A program made the translations under genes and the position numbers. From NCBI GenBank assembly GCA_963781885.1, contig CAWAHW010000007.1:558625-622624 (forward strand): a DNA stretch of 64,000 bases, given 5' to 3'. Below the pieces are notes generated by a model that saw nothing but the letters and a program-made list of their open reading frames with translations, had not been told where the DNA came from and did no database searches. Shown here one piece after another: positions 40,514 to 49,844 of the stretch. Each line of letters opens with the position of its first letter. The stretch's first letter is position 1. The stretch comes from an uncultured Spirochaetota bacterium. Its GTDB lineage: Bacteria > Spirochaetota > Spirochaetia > SZUA-6 > Fen-1364.

Positions 40514-41296
40514 TGGCTTCCTCCTCGATTCCGTACTGTTCCTTGATCCAGTCGTAGCCGCGGCTTTCCAGGATTTCCACGAGCTCCTTGCCGCCGGAGG
40601 TCACGATCCTGCCCTTGTACATGATGTGCACGAAGTCCGGCACGATGTGGGTGAGGATACGCTGGTAATGCGTGATGATGAGCGCCCCGAAGTCGGCCCA
40701 CCGGTCGCTCCAGCGACATCCCGCAGCTTGTTCACGCCGCGTGCCACGACCTTCAACGCGTCGATGTCGAGGCCCGAGTCCGTCTCGTCCAGGATGGCAA
40801 GGGTGGGCTTCAGCATCAGCATCTGCAGCACCTCCATGCGCTTCTTCTCCCCGCCGGAAAAGCCCTGGTTGAGATAGCGGTTGATGAATGCCTGCTCCAT
40901 CTCCATGAAATCCATGTTCTCGCGCAGCTGCTTGATGTAGGCGGTGACATTCATGCCTTTGCCGTCGCTTCGCAGCTCGATGGCGCGCTTGAGGAACTTA
41001 CCCACCGTGACGCCGGCGATCTCCACGGGGTACTGGAACGCCAGGAAGACGCCGCGCAGCGCGCGTTCGCTCGTGGAAAGGGCAAGGTAGTCATCCCCGT
41101 CCAGCGTCACGCCGCCGCCGGTCACCGTGTACGCGGGATGACCCATGAGCACATTCGCCAGCGTGCTTTTCCCGGAGCCGTTTGGCCCCATGAGCGCGTG
41201 GATCTCTCCCGCGCGGATCACGAGGTCCATGCCGTCCAGGATCGGTTTCTCACCGATGGAGGCTTTCAGGCCGCTCACTCTCAACTGGTATGCCAT
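40488..41296 (-). CDS. sufC: Fe-S assembly ATPase SufC, frameshift near 40700
   Basis: [32 protein letters not shown]; the shifted frame continues [27 protein letters not shown] to TGA at 40488. Confidence 0.93.
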
Positions 41297-41318
41297 TTCA
41301 TTCCCCCTGTCGCGTGCG

Positions 41319-41639
41319 TCAAATCGGGTAGCCCAGCGCGACCCGCGCCTCTTCGCTCATCCGTTCGGGTCCCCACAGCGGGGACCACACGGTATTCGCC
41401 TTCACGTCGACGAGGCCGAAGGCGTCCCGCACGGTCTCGATGATGTCGCGGCGGATGATGTCCTCCGCCGGGCACCCGGGATAGGTGAGGGTGAAGTCGA
41501 CCTCAATGCCTTTTTCCTGCACGTCGATGCGGTACACGAGCCCCAGGTCGACGATGCTGAAAGCCAGCTCCGGGTCCTCCACGTTGCGCAGAACGTCCAG
41601 GACTTCCTCGCGAGATACCATCTCTTTGTTCTCTCTCAT
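41319..41639 (-). CDS. sufT: DUF59 Fe-S assembly factor (SufT/PaaD-like)
   Basis: VEDPEL..SIVDLGLVY, TLTYPGCP, WGPERMSEEAR. Confidence 0.92.
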   Translation of the reverse strand: MRENKEMVSREEVLDVLRNVEDPELAFSIVDLGLVYRIDVQEKGIEVDFTLTYPGCPAEDIIRRDIIETVRDAFGLVDVKANTVWSPLWGPERMSEEARVALGYPI

Positions 41640-41649
41640 ATAAGTTGAC

Positions 41650-41674
41650 AATGCTGACTAAATTAGTCAAGATT
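41650..41674. promoter_or_regulatory. IscR/Rrf2 type-1-like operator AATGCTGACTAAATTAGTCAAGATT over divergent promoters
   Basis: TGACTAA-A-TTAGTCA dyad; the central 19 bp fit SYYGACTRWWWYAGTCRRS; TTGACA (+, 41645) and TTGACT (-) -35-like boxes. Confidence 0.75.
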
Positions 41675-41681
41675 AAATGCG

Positions 41682-42284
41682 ATGAAGATTGTCGAGATTC
41701 TCTGCAATCCGCGACCCGGCAGCTTCAATCTTGCCCTTGCCGCGAGCGCACGGGAGAAGCTTGTGTCTCTGGGTCACGAGGTGACGCTTCATGACCTCTA
41801 CAAGGAGGGCTTCGACCCCGTCATGGAAGCGGCCGAGCTCGCGCGCAGCTACAGTCTCGACGGTCTCGTGCAGGTGCATTGCAACGAGCTTGCCGCCGCG
41901 GACGGCCTGATCGTCTTTCACCCCGAATGGTGGGGCCAGCCGCCCGCGGTCCTCAAGGGTTGGGTGGACCGGGTATTCCGGCAAGGGATTGCCTACGATC
42001 TGGAAGGGGAAGAGTTCACGCAGAAAGGATGGAAGCCGCTTCTGACGGGCAAGAAGGGCTTGGTTTTCTGCACGTCGGACGCGGAGGCGGCGAGTGCGAC
42101 CCGGACGCTTGAGATGCTCTGGACCGACGCAGTCTTGGGCAGGTGCGGCATGAAGGCTGCCTGCCACGTCCTGCGGGATCTTCGCCGCACCGATCCGCAT
42201 TCCCGCAGGAATTGGTTGAATTTCATGATCCAGGAGATCGAGGCGTGGTTTCCGGCCGCTCAGACGGCCCCCGTCCGCGACTGA
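41682..42284 (+). CDS. Flavodoxin-like NAD(P)H-dependent oxidoreductase (MdaB/KefF family)
   Basis: PRPGSFN, DLYKEGFDP, HPEWWGQPPAVLKGWVDRV. Confidence 0.9.
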   Translation: MKIVEILCNPRPGSFNLALAASAREKLVSLGHEVTLHDLYKEGFDPVMEAAELARSYSLDGLVQVHCNELAAADGLIVFHPEWWGQPPAVLKGWVDRVFRQGIAYDLEGEEFTQKGWKPLLTGKKGLVFCTSDAEAASATRTLEMLWTDAVLGRCGMKAACHVLRDLRRTDPHSRRNWLNFMIQEIEAWFPAAQTAPVRD

Positions 42285-42285
42285 A

Positions 42286-42756
42286 TCAGCGAAGCGCCTT
42301 GCCTTCCACGAGCATCTGAAGCGCGGCGCGAACGCGACGATCCCGCGTCTCCGGTCGCTTCGCCGCGCTGATCCATTCCGTGTACGCCTTACGATGCGAG
42401 GGCGCGAGCCGGTCGAAGACCGCCTTCGCGCGCGGCTCCCCCTTCAGGGCATTCTGCAAGGCGGCGGGAATAGCGACGGCAACCGGGCTTTCATCATGCC
42501 CCATCACGACCTTCACGGAGTCCCCTGCCGCGCGGTCCAGCTTCTTCAGCACTTCCTTGTTGACGACCATCGCGTACCATCCATCACCGGACGATTGGAG
42601 AGACGTCGCGATGGGAACGCCGTCGATCCGTCCCTTCACGCGCTGGCGGGCGCGGAACGCGCCCGACTGAGCGACAGTCGGGGGAATCGGCAGAATAGTC
42701 ATCATGCCGGGCCCGTTCGGGCGGAAGAGCCGGCCTTCGAATTTCCACGTCTTCAT
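42286..42756 (-). CDS. DUF1905 plus YdeI/OmdA-associated domain protein
   Basis: RVKGRIDG; FDRLAPSHRKAYTEWISAAKRPETRDRRV. Confidence 0.88.
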   Translation of the reverse strand: MKTWKFEGRLFRPNGPGMMTILPIPPTVAQSGAFRARQRVKGRIDGVPIATSLQSSGDGWYAMVVNKEVLKKLDRAAGDSVKVVMGHDESPVAVAIPAALQNALKGEPRAKAVFDRLAPSHRKAYTEWISAAKRPETRDRRVRAALQMLVEGKALR

Positions 42757-42831
42757 GATGTCCCCCTCATTCGCGGTTTGACATCCTGAAAATAACCACC
42801 CCGCAGGAGGGCGGACAGGGGAACGTGAATG

Positions 42832-42862
42832 AAAAAAAGGGCCGTCCCATTGTGACGGCCCC
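42832..42862 (-). terminator. Rho-independent terminator of the stn-like operon
   Basis: GGGCCGTC/GACGGCCC stem with a 7-nt A-run on + (U-tail on minus). Confidence 0.85.
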
Positions 42863-42903
42863 TTTCAGAGCTCAAAACCTTCACGACGACCGGCGGGAAT
42901 CCC

Positions 42904-45900
42904 CTAGAACAGCTCCGCGGCCGCCTTCACGCCTTCCAGGTCGATCTTCCCGCTTGTCACGACGGGCATCGCTGTCGGATATGACCGGCCATTGATCCAC
43001 AGCTCTTTTGCGAGCGGGATGAACAGGTCCTGCCTGCCGGGCTTCATGCCCCACACGATCCGGCGCGTACCGTTCTCCGATTCCTCCACGCCGACGTCCA
43101 GGAGGAGGTCCGGCTTTTTCTGCGCGGGACGCTGCTTTCCGATGAGGTAGCCCGCGTTGCGCGTGTCCCACAGCAGGTTGATCCGCAGCTTGTCGCGATT
43201 CTCCAGAAGCGCTTTCAGCGTGCCCGCGTCCGCGTGCGCGGGATTCACCCAGACCTCGACGGGAAGGCCGGTGCCCAGCGCCTCCGCGATCGCCGTGCTC
43301 AGGTCCGGGAGAACACGGGAGCCAGCACGCCGCACGGTCTCGTCGTCATGACCCGTCACCCAGAGCTCCGCCGCGCCCTTGCGCTTCCTGCGATACGCTT
43401 CCGTGAAAACCACATTGTTCGTCTCCGCGATTTCTCCCACCAGGAGGATCAGCGCCTTGTCTTCATCCGTGCAGCCCGCGGGTTTTGCAGCAAGCTGCGC
43501 CCATCCTGGGTCCAGCGCTTCCAGCCCGGCGGCGACCACGGGGATTCCTCTGCGCGCCGCCGCCTCGATGAACGTGTCGATGGCTTCCGCGCAGAGCGAC
43601 GGGGAGATCCGCATCAACGGATTCTTCGCTTTTGAGAGAAGCTTCCGCGCCGTCTCGCGCGCCGCGGCAAGATCCACCGCCGCGGGGGCCGGATCGTTCA
43701 GGAAGTCGTGGCCGAACCTTCCCTTCTTGCAGAGCTTGCCGAAATTCGGCGCATCGTAGCGCTCCGTGACGCGTGTGAAAAGCGTGCCATGCCAGCGGTA
43801 TTCGATGCCGCAGCCTACCGAGCAGCGGCCGCAGGTGCCGTCCACCGTCTTTTCAAGCAGCGGCACGTTTTTCTTTGCCGGAAGCTTTTCCGTGAGCGCG
43901 CCCACCGGGCATGCGGAAACGCATTGGCCGCAGGAGATGCAGGTCGTGTCCTCTCCGAAAGGCACGCCGAATGACGGGGCGACCACCGAGGAGAATCCCC
44001 GGTAGATATAGCCGAACACGCCGATGCCCTGCACCTCGAGGCAGATCCTGATGCAACGTCCGCAGAGCACGCATTTTGACGGGTCCCTGCTGATGAACGG
44101 GTGCGAGTCGTCGATAGGGTGGCGCGCGATCTCGCCCAGATAGCGCGTGGCTATCGCATCGTATTCGGTTGCGTGCGACTTCAGCGCGCACTCTTTCACG
44201 TCCAGGCAGCCGCACTCGAGGCAGCGTTCGGCCTCGGCGCGGGCCGCGGCGACCGGGAGCGTGGATTCTATTTCCATGAAGCCCTTTGCGCGCGGCCCCG
44301 CCGCCATGACGGCAGGTTTCGCACGCGGTGCGCGCGGGGTGGCGGCGAAGTCCTCCGCGGTCGGCGTCTTGAAATCCGCCTTTTTGCTCAGGAACTCTTT
44401 TGGCCTTTGGTAGGTCCTGCCCTCCAGGTATGCAAGAGCCGCGCGCGCCGCGTGCTTGCCGCCGGCAATCGCGCGTATGGCGATGTCCGTGCCGGTGAGG
44501 AGGTCTCCCGCCGCGAAGACGCCCGCAACGTCGGTGCGACCCGTGTCCGTGTCCGCATTCAGGTTGCCCTTGTCATCCACGAGGCCGGGTGTGCCGGAGA
44601 GCAGCTTCGTGTCCGAGTACTGCCCGACGGCGGAGATGATCGTATCAACGGGGACGGCATACTCCGATCCGTCCACGGGCACGGGCCTTCGCCGTCCGGA
44701 GGCGTCCGGTTCTCCCAGCGCCATGCGCAGCAGGGTGAGGGTCTTCAGGCTTCCGCCTTCTGCCAGGATCGAGACGGGGGCCGCGAGGTACTGGATGTCG
44801 ATGCCTTCCTCCATGGCCTCTTCGATCTCCGCATCGGATGCCGGCATCTCCTCGCGCGTGCGCCGGTAGTACATCGTCACCTTCGACGCGCCGCGCCGCA
44901 GGGAACAGCGGGCGGCGTCCAGCGCGGTGTTGCCGCCGCCGATGATGGCGACGATCTCGCCGACCTTCACGGGCAGCCCCGCGTTCACGTCGCGCAGGAA
45001 GTCGATGCCGGAAAGCACCGCGGGATGGTCCTCGCCGGGGATGCGCAAGGCCCGACCCTTCCACGCGCCAATGGCGAGAATCACGGCGTCATTTTCCGCG
45101 CGCAGTTTCTCAAGGGTCACGTCCTTGCCCAGCCGCACGCCCGTGCGGAGGGTCGCGCCGAGGCTCAGCATTTCAGCGATCGCCCGGTCCAGGACCGCGG
45201 GCGGCAGGCGGTAGTCGGGGATGCCGTAGCGCAGCATGCCGCCGGCCTTCTCCATGCCCTCAAGGAGCGTGACGTCCACGCCCTTCTCCGAGAGGTACCA
45301 TGCGGCGGAAAGCCCCGCGGGTCCGGCGCCGATCACGGCGATCTTCTTTCCGATGCGCGCGGGCGTGGGACGCTGCTTCATGCCGCCAGCCGCCGCTTCC
45401 GCGTCGGCCACGAATCGCTTGATGCCGTTGATGTTGAGCGGCTCTTCCACGAGGCTGCGTCTGCATTCCTGCTCGCACGGCCGGGGACAGATGCGGCCGA
45501 TGACCGCCGGCATGGGATTGTCGCGTCGGATGAGCTCCACGGCCTCGGCGTCCTTCCCGTTCGCCACCAGGCCCAGATAGCCCTGGATGTCGATGTTGGA
45601 GGGGCAGGTGAGCGTGCAGGGGGCCTTGCAGTCCCCGTAGTGATTCGAAAGGAGCAGGTCCAGCGCCATGCGCCGCGCCGCGTCGACGTCAGGGGCGGTT
45701 GTGGTAATGACCATGCCCGGAGTCACCTTCGTGCTGCAGCTGGGGACGAAGCCCTTTGCCTTTTCCACCTTGACCAGGCAGACCCAGCAGGATGCGTACG
45801 GCTCGAGCCTCTTGTCGTTGCAGAGCGTCGGGATGCGGATGCCCTGGCTCTCCGCCGCTTCGAGTATCGTCGTGCCCGGCGCCACGGTGAGCTTCTTCCC

Positions 45901-45927
45901 GTCCAGGGTGATCTCGATCTGGTCCAT
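42904..45927 (-). CDS. StnC/NsoC-like large subunit: NuoG-type 2Fe-2S + GltD-type FAD/NADP domain + 2x4Fe-4S + degenerate molybdopterin-like C-terminus
   Basis: IPTLC..CWVC..C; GRICPRPCEQEC; GAGPAG; GGGNTALD; RRT; CVLCGRC; CISCGQC; CGRCSVGC..LCKKGRFG; no H-cluster motifs. Confidence 0.88.
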   Translation of the reverse strand: MDQIEITLDGKKLTVAPGTTILEAAESQGIRIPTLCNDKRLEPYASCWVCLVKVEKAKGFVPSCSTKVTPGMVITTTAPDVDAARRMALDLLLSNHYGDCKAPCTLTCPSNIDIQGYLGLVANGKDAEAVELIRRDNPMPAVIGRICPRPCEQECRRSLVEEPLNINGIKRFVADAEAAAGGMKQRPTPARIGKKIAVIGAGPAGLSAAWYLSEKGVDVTLLEGMEKAGGMLRYGIPDYRLPPAVLDRAIAEMLSLGATLRTGVRLGKDVTLEKLRAENDAVILAIGAWKGRALRIPGEDHPAVLSGIDFLRDVNAGLPVKVGEIVAIIGGGNTALDAARCSLRRGASKVTMYYRRTREEMPASDAEIEEAMEEGIDIQYLAAPVSILAEGGSLKTLTLLRMALGEPDASGRRRPVPVDGSEYAVPVDTIISAVGQYSDTKLLSGTPGLVDDKGNLNADTDTGRTDVAGVFAAGDLLTGTDIAIRAIAGGKHAARAALAYLEGRTYQRPKEFLSKKADFKTPTAEDFAATPRAPRAKPAVMAAGPRAKGFMEIESTLPVAAARAEAERCLECGCLDVKECALKSHATEYDAIATRYLGEIARHPIDDSHPFISRDPSKCVLCGRCIRICLEVQGIGVFGYIYRGFSSVVAPSFGVPFGEDTTCISCGQCVSACPVGALTEKLPAKKNVPLLEKTVDGTCGRCSVGCGIEYRWHGTLFTRVTERYDAPNFGKLCKKGRFGHDFLNDPAPAAVDLAAARETARKLLSKAKNPLMRISPSLCAEAIDTFIEAAARRGIPVVAAGLEALDPGWAQLAAKPAGCTDEDKALILLVGEIAETNNVVFTEAYRRKRKGAAELWVTGHDDETVRRAGSRVLPDLSTAIAEALGTGLPVEVWVNPAHADAGTLKALLENRDKLRINLLWDTRNAGYLIGKQRPAQKKPDLLLDVGVEESENGTRRIVWGMKPGRQDLFIPLAKELWINGRSYPTAMPVVTSGKIDLEGVKAAAELF

Positions 45928-45929
45928 GT

Positions 45930-47774
45930 TCAGTCCTTCCCCCGGCGCCGGCGCCAATTCCACGGGGTACCGCGGCGTCGGCCTTCTCGTGCGCAAAGGC
46001 CTGCGCTCCCGTGGTGATCTCTATCGCGTTGAACCGGCACGCCTCGAAGCAGAGACCGCACCGGATGCAAGTGTCCTGGTCGATGAGGTGCGGCTTCTTC
46101 CGCTCGCCGTGCGCGGCCTTCGTGGGACAGACGCGCGCGCAGAGCATGCAGCCCGTGCACGCTCTCCGCGACCACGTTGTAGGTGATGAGCGCCTTGCAC
46201 TTCTTTGCCGGGCAGCGCTTGTTCCTGATGTGCTCGTCGTATTCCGCGCGGAAGTAGCGCAGAGTGGTGAGCACGGGGTTGGGCGCGGTCTGCCCGAGCG
46301 CGCAGAGCGAGCTGATCCGGATCTTGCCCGCCAGCTCCTCCAGCTCCGCAATGTCCTTCTCTTCTCCCCTGCCTTCCGTGATGCGCGTGAGGATCTCCAG
46401 CATCCGCTTCGTTCCGATCCTGCAGAAGGTGCATTTGCCGCAGGATTCGCTCTGGATGAAGGTGAGGAAGTAGCGCGCGACGTCGACCATGCAGGTCGAT
46501 TCGTCCATGACGACCATGCCGCCGGACCCCATGATCGCGCCCGTTGCCGTGAGGGAATCGTAGTCCACCAGCACGTCGGCGAGGCTTTCCGGCACGCACC
46601 CGCCGGAGGGACCGCCCATCTGGACAGCCTTGAACTTCTTGTCGCCCATGATGCCGCCGCCGATGTCGAAGATCACCTCGCGGAGGCTGATGCCCATGGG
46701 CACCTCGATCATGCCGCCGCGCTTGATCTTGCCCGCAAGGGCGAAGACCTTTGTCCCCCTGCTTTTTTCCGTGCCGATCTTCGCGTACTCCAGCCCGCCC
46801 ATGCGGATGATCGAGGGCACATTCGCGAATGTCTCCACGTTGTTGATATTGGAAGGAGAACCCCACAGACCGCGCTCCGCGGGAAACGGGGGGCGCAGGC
46901 GCGGCATGCCGCGCTTGCCTTCTATCGAACCCATGAGCGCCGTTTCTTCACCGCAGACGAATGCGCCGGCGCCTTCCTTTATGTGGAGGCTGAACGAAAA
47001 ATCGGTTCCCAGTATCCGGTTGCCCAGCAGGTTCTTTTCTTCCATCTGGCGCAGCGCGATCTGGAGCCTCTTGATGGCGAGCGGGTATTCCGCGCGCACG
47101 TACACGTAGCCCTCGTCGGACCCGATGGCAAAGGCGCCGATCAGCATGCCTTCCAGGACCGCGTGCGGGTCCCCTTCCAGCACCGAGCGGTCCATGAAGG
47201 CGCCCGGGTCCCCCTCGTCCGCGTTGCAGATGATGTACTTCTTGCCGGTCGTGGACTTCGCTTTGCGCGCGAATGTCCATTTCATGCCGGTGGGGAATCC
47301 CGCGCCACCGCGGCCGCGCAGACCCGACGCCGAAACCTGCTCGATGACCGCCTCAGGGCTCATGCCGGTGAGCACCTTCCGCAGCGCCACGTAGCCGTCG
47401 TGGGCGATGTACTGGTCGATGGATTCGGGATCGATGACGCCGCAGTTGGCAAGAACGATACGCTTCTGTCGCGCCAGGTACGGGTAGTCGGCGGGGATGA
47501 GCATCGCGGTGACCGGTGTCCCTGCAAGGAGCCCTTCCACGATCGCGTGCGCCTTCGCCTCGTCCACGTTGCCGTAGAGGAGCTTTGTCCCGTCGGCCTG
47601 GCGTATCTCCACGAGCGGCTCGGCGTGGCAGGCGCCGATGCATCCCGTGGCGACAACGGCGTAGGGCAGGGCCCGCGCCGCAACGTCCTTCTGGAGAGTG
47701 TCGAAAACCACCCGCGCGCCCGCGGCGATGCCGCAGGAGCTCATGCCCACCGCCACTTCCGGCTGGCCGCTCAT
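45930..47774 (-). CDS. NuoF/HydB-like FMN-NAD subunit (StnB-like); C-terminal 2x[4Fe-4S] domain out of frame after about 46165
   Basis: GLRGRGGAGFPTG, NADEGDPG, FVCGEETAL, ESCGKCTFC; CTGCMLCARVCP..CIRCGLCFEAC in the shifted frame. Confidence 0.92.
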   Translation of the reverse strand: MSGQPEVAVGMSSCGIAAGARVVFDTLQKDVAARALPYAVVATGCIGACHAEPLVEIRQADGTKLLYGNVDEAKAHAIVEGLLAGTPVTAMLIPADYPYLARQKRIVLANCGVIDPESIDQYIAHDGYVALRKVLTGMSPEAVIEQVSASGLRGRGGAGFPTGMKWTFARKAKSTTGKKYIICNADEGDPGAFMDRSVLEGDPHAVLEGMLIGAFAIGSDEGYVYVRAEYPLAIKRLQIALRQMEEKNLLGNRILGTDFSFSLHIKEGAGAFVCGEETALMGSIEGKRGMPRLRPPFPAERGLWGSPSNINNVETFANVPSIIRMGGLEYAKIGTEKSRGTKVFALAGKIKRGGMIEVPMGISLREVIFDIGGGIMGDKKFKAVQMGGPSGGCVPESLADVLVDYDSLTATGAIMGSGGMVVMDESTCMVDVARYFLTFIQSESCGKCTFCRIGTKRMLEILTRITEGRGEEKDIAELEELAGKIRISSLCALGQTAPNPVLTTLRYFRAEYDEHIRNKRCPAKKCKALITYNVVAESVHGLHALRARLSHEGRARRAEEAAPHRPGHLHPVRSLLRGVPVQRDRDHHGSAGLCAREGRRRGTPWNWRRRRGKD

Positions 47775-48229
47775 GACTTGCCTCCCACCGCCGCGACGAT
47801 CTTGCCCAGCTTGTCACCGGTGAGCCGGCCGTAGACCTCGCCGTCGATCATCACCACGGGCGCGAGCGAGCAGCACCCCAGGCAGGCCACCCTCTCAACC
47901 GTGAACTCCCCGTCCTTCGTCGTATTCCCCGGTGCAACGCCGAGCTTCTGCTCCACCACCGTGTCCAGCGAATCGGCTCCCTGCACGTGGCAGGCGGTGC
48001 CGTGACAGACCTTCATGACGTGCTTTCCCATGGGCGTGAAACGGAACTGTGCATAGAACGTGGCCACGCCGTAGATCTCCGCCGCCGCCATGCCCGTGAC
48101 CCGGGCGATATTGCGCATCGCCTCTTGCGGAAGGTATCCGTAGATGTCCTGGGTTTTCTGCAGAAGAGGGATGACGTTCCCCTTCACCCCCTTCCACTCG
48201 CTGAGAAGGGCCTGAAACGCCTGTTCCAT
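47771..48229 (-). CDS. NuoE/HydC-like thioredoxin-type [2Fe-2S] subunit (StnA-like)
   Basis: GVATFY, CHGTAC, CLGCC; AAGGAG RBS. Confidence 0.94.
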   Translation of the reverse strand: MEQAFQALLSEWKGVKGNVIPLLQKTQDIYGYLPQEAMRNIARVTGMAAAEIYGVATFYAQFRFTPMGKHVMKVCHGTACHVQGADSLDTVVEQKLGVAPGNTTKDGEFTVERVACLGCCSLAPVVMIDGEVYGRLTGDKLGKIVAAVGGKS

Positions 48230-48295
48230 GTGATCTCCTTCGGCGGTCACGTGCCGGTGCCAGAGTCAATTTTGATTCGAACGGGAGTTGTCTGG

Positions 48296-48324
48296 ATTGT
48301 AGCACAGCGCGAAGAGGCATGCAA
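48296..48324 (-). promoter_or_regulatory. Sigma70-type promoter of the stn-like operon
   Basis: TTGCAT-N17-TACAAT with extended -10 TG on the minus strand. Confidence 0.7.
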
Positions 48325-48372
48325 CTGGGGGGAGAGTCCCTCCCGGGGAGATGCATTGTCACGCCGGGCCTG

Positions 48373-49764
48373 CTATCTGGAAGAATCCTTTCCGCCGCCG
48401 CCGCGCGCGACCCGTTTGCGCGAGCGGGCAAAGAGCCGGACGATGTCCTGGCCCGGCTTGATCACGAGCAGGTACCCGACACCGGGCGAGGGCTCGGTCG
48501 GCCGGATCTCCGAAAAGCCATTGCGGAGAAAAAGGAACACCGCGAGTCGCAGCACCGCGACGACAACGAAAACCCCGGTGATGTTGTTGAGCACGCCATA
48601 CGCGAGGCCTGACCATTTCAGCAGGTCCGCAATGGCGCCACCCGAGAGCGACCCGAGGAACGCGGCGGTCATGAGAAGGGTCTGGTAGTAGGCGAGTGAC
48701 TTCGTGATCCGATCGCGGCCGACAGCGTCATAGATGTAGGTCGATCCGGCCAGGGAGAAACCGGCAAAGAGAAAGCCATTGAGGAACTGCAGGAGGACCA
48801 GGATCGGCCAGGCGCGGATGACTACCCAGCCCGCCGCGATCAGGGGGAAGAACGCGGAGGTCACCATGATGATCCTTCGGTTGCCGAACCGGTCGATGAG
48901 CGTCCCCCAATAGGTCATGAGGAGAAAGGTGGCGATGGTCCCGGTCATGGTGACCGCCGTGAAGGCCACGTAGTTGAGGCCGAGATCCGACAGGAGATGG
49001 ACCTGGATGAGGGGAGCCATCATCATCGTGAGGAAGCTCATCGGAACCATGTAGAGCATGAAGCCGCCGAGATCGGTGTTGCGCAGGTCACGCAGGAAAA
49101 GAAGGAGGCTCATGGTGCGCGCTTCCGTCGTCCGCGTCATGGGCGGCTCGTACATTCTCCGCAGCACGAATGTGTCGGAAGAACGGCTGAGTGACGCGAG
49201 GAGCAAAAGGACCCCGTACGCGGCCACCTCCAGGCCCCGCTGCTTCGCCATAAACAGGAAGAGCCCCGCGAGGGAGGTGGCGATGAACTGGGCGACGCCG
49301 CCGGTGCGGTTCCTGATGCCCCAGAAATACCCCCGCCGATCCGCGGGGACCAGGTCGTTCATCCAGGAAAGCCACGACGGGTTGGAGAGATTGCTTGCAA
49401 AAATCCCCGCGCAGAAGAGAAAAATCGCGAGCCATGCGTGGTGCGCCAGCGCCGCGACGAAGACCAGGATCCAGCTCAGCCCGTGAACGGCCACGGAAAG
49501 CCGGCTGAAGGACCTGCGGCTCCCCCGGCGCTGGATGATCGCACTGCCCGCGAGCTGGGCAACCGCGTTGGCGAGCTGCGCGAGCCCCTGCATGAGGCTG
49601 ACGCCGAAAACCGACGCGCCGAACAGGAGCATGAAAGGAACGACGTAGTTCTCCGAAAACCCGAACATGATGGACCACAACACCGCGTCGATGACGGAGA
49701 ACGAGAGGCTTCGTCGCAGGCGCGGATCCCCGACCATCCTGAAGGGACCGCGGGTGGCTTTCAT
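48373..49764 (-). CDS. MFS transporter
   Basis: About 12 hydrophobic segments; DLVPADRRG and WGTLIDRFGNR MFS loop motifs. Confidence 0.88.
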   Translation of the reverse strand: MKATRGPFRMVGDPRLRRSLSFSVIDAVLWSIMFGFSENYVVPFMLLFGASVFGVSLMQGLAQLANAVAQLAGSAIIQRRGSRRSFSRLSVAVHGLSWILVFVAALAHHAWLAIFLFCAGIFASNLSNPSWLSWMNDLVPADRRGYFWGIRNRTGGVAQFIATSLAGLFLFMAKQRGLEVAAYGVLLLLASLSRSSDTFVLRRMYEPPMTRTTEARTMSLLLFLRDLRNTDLGGFMLYMVPMSFLTMMMAPLIQVHLLSDLGLNYVAFTAVTMTGTIATFLLMTYWGTLIDRFGNRRIIMVTSAFFPLIAAGWVVIRAWPILVLLQFLNGFLFAGFSLAGSTYIYDAVGRDRITKSLAYYQTLLMTAAFLGSLSGGAIADLLKWSGLAYGVLNNITGVFVVVAVLRLAVFLFLRNGFSEIRPTEPSPGVGYLLVIKPGQDIVRLFARSRKRVARGGGGKDSSR

Positions 49765-49844
49765 CGCGGCCCGGAGGGTATCGGGAACCGGGGAATGCCG
49801 CAAGGCTTTACAGAGCGCACCCGCACCGCTACCATTGCCGGGCC

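Noticed and set aside
40488-41296. sufC and the other frameshifted genes as true pseudogenes
   Set aside because: Single indels with fully conserved downstream motifs in an otherwise intact operon fit sequencing error better
45930-48229. Respiratory complex I nuoEF or [FeFe]-hydrogenase
   Set aside because: There are no membrane nuo genes, and the large subunit has a GltD domain and lacks H-cluster motifs
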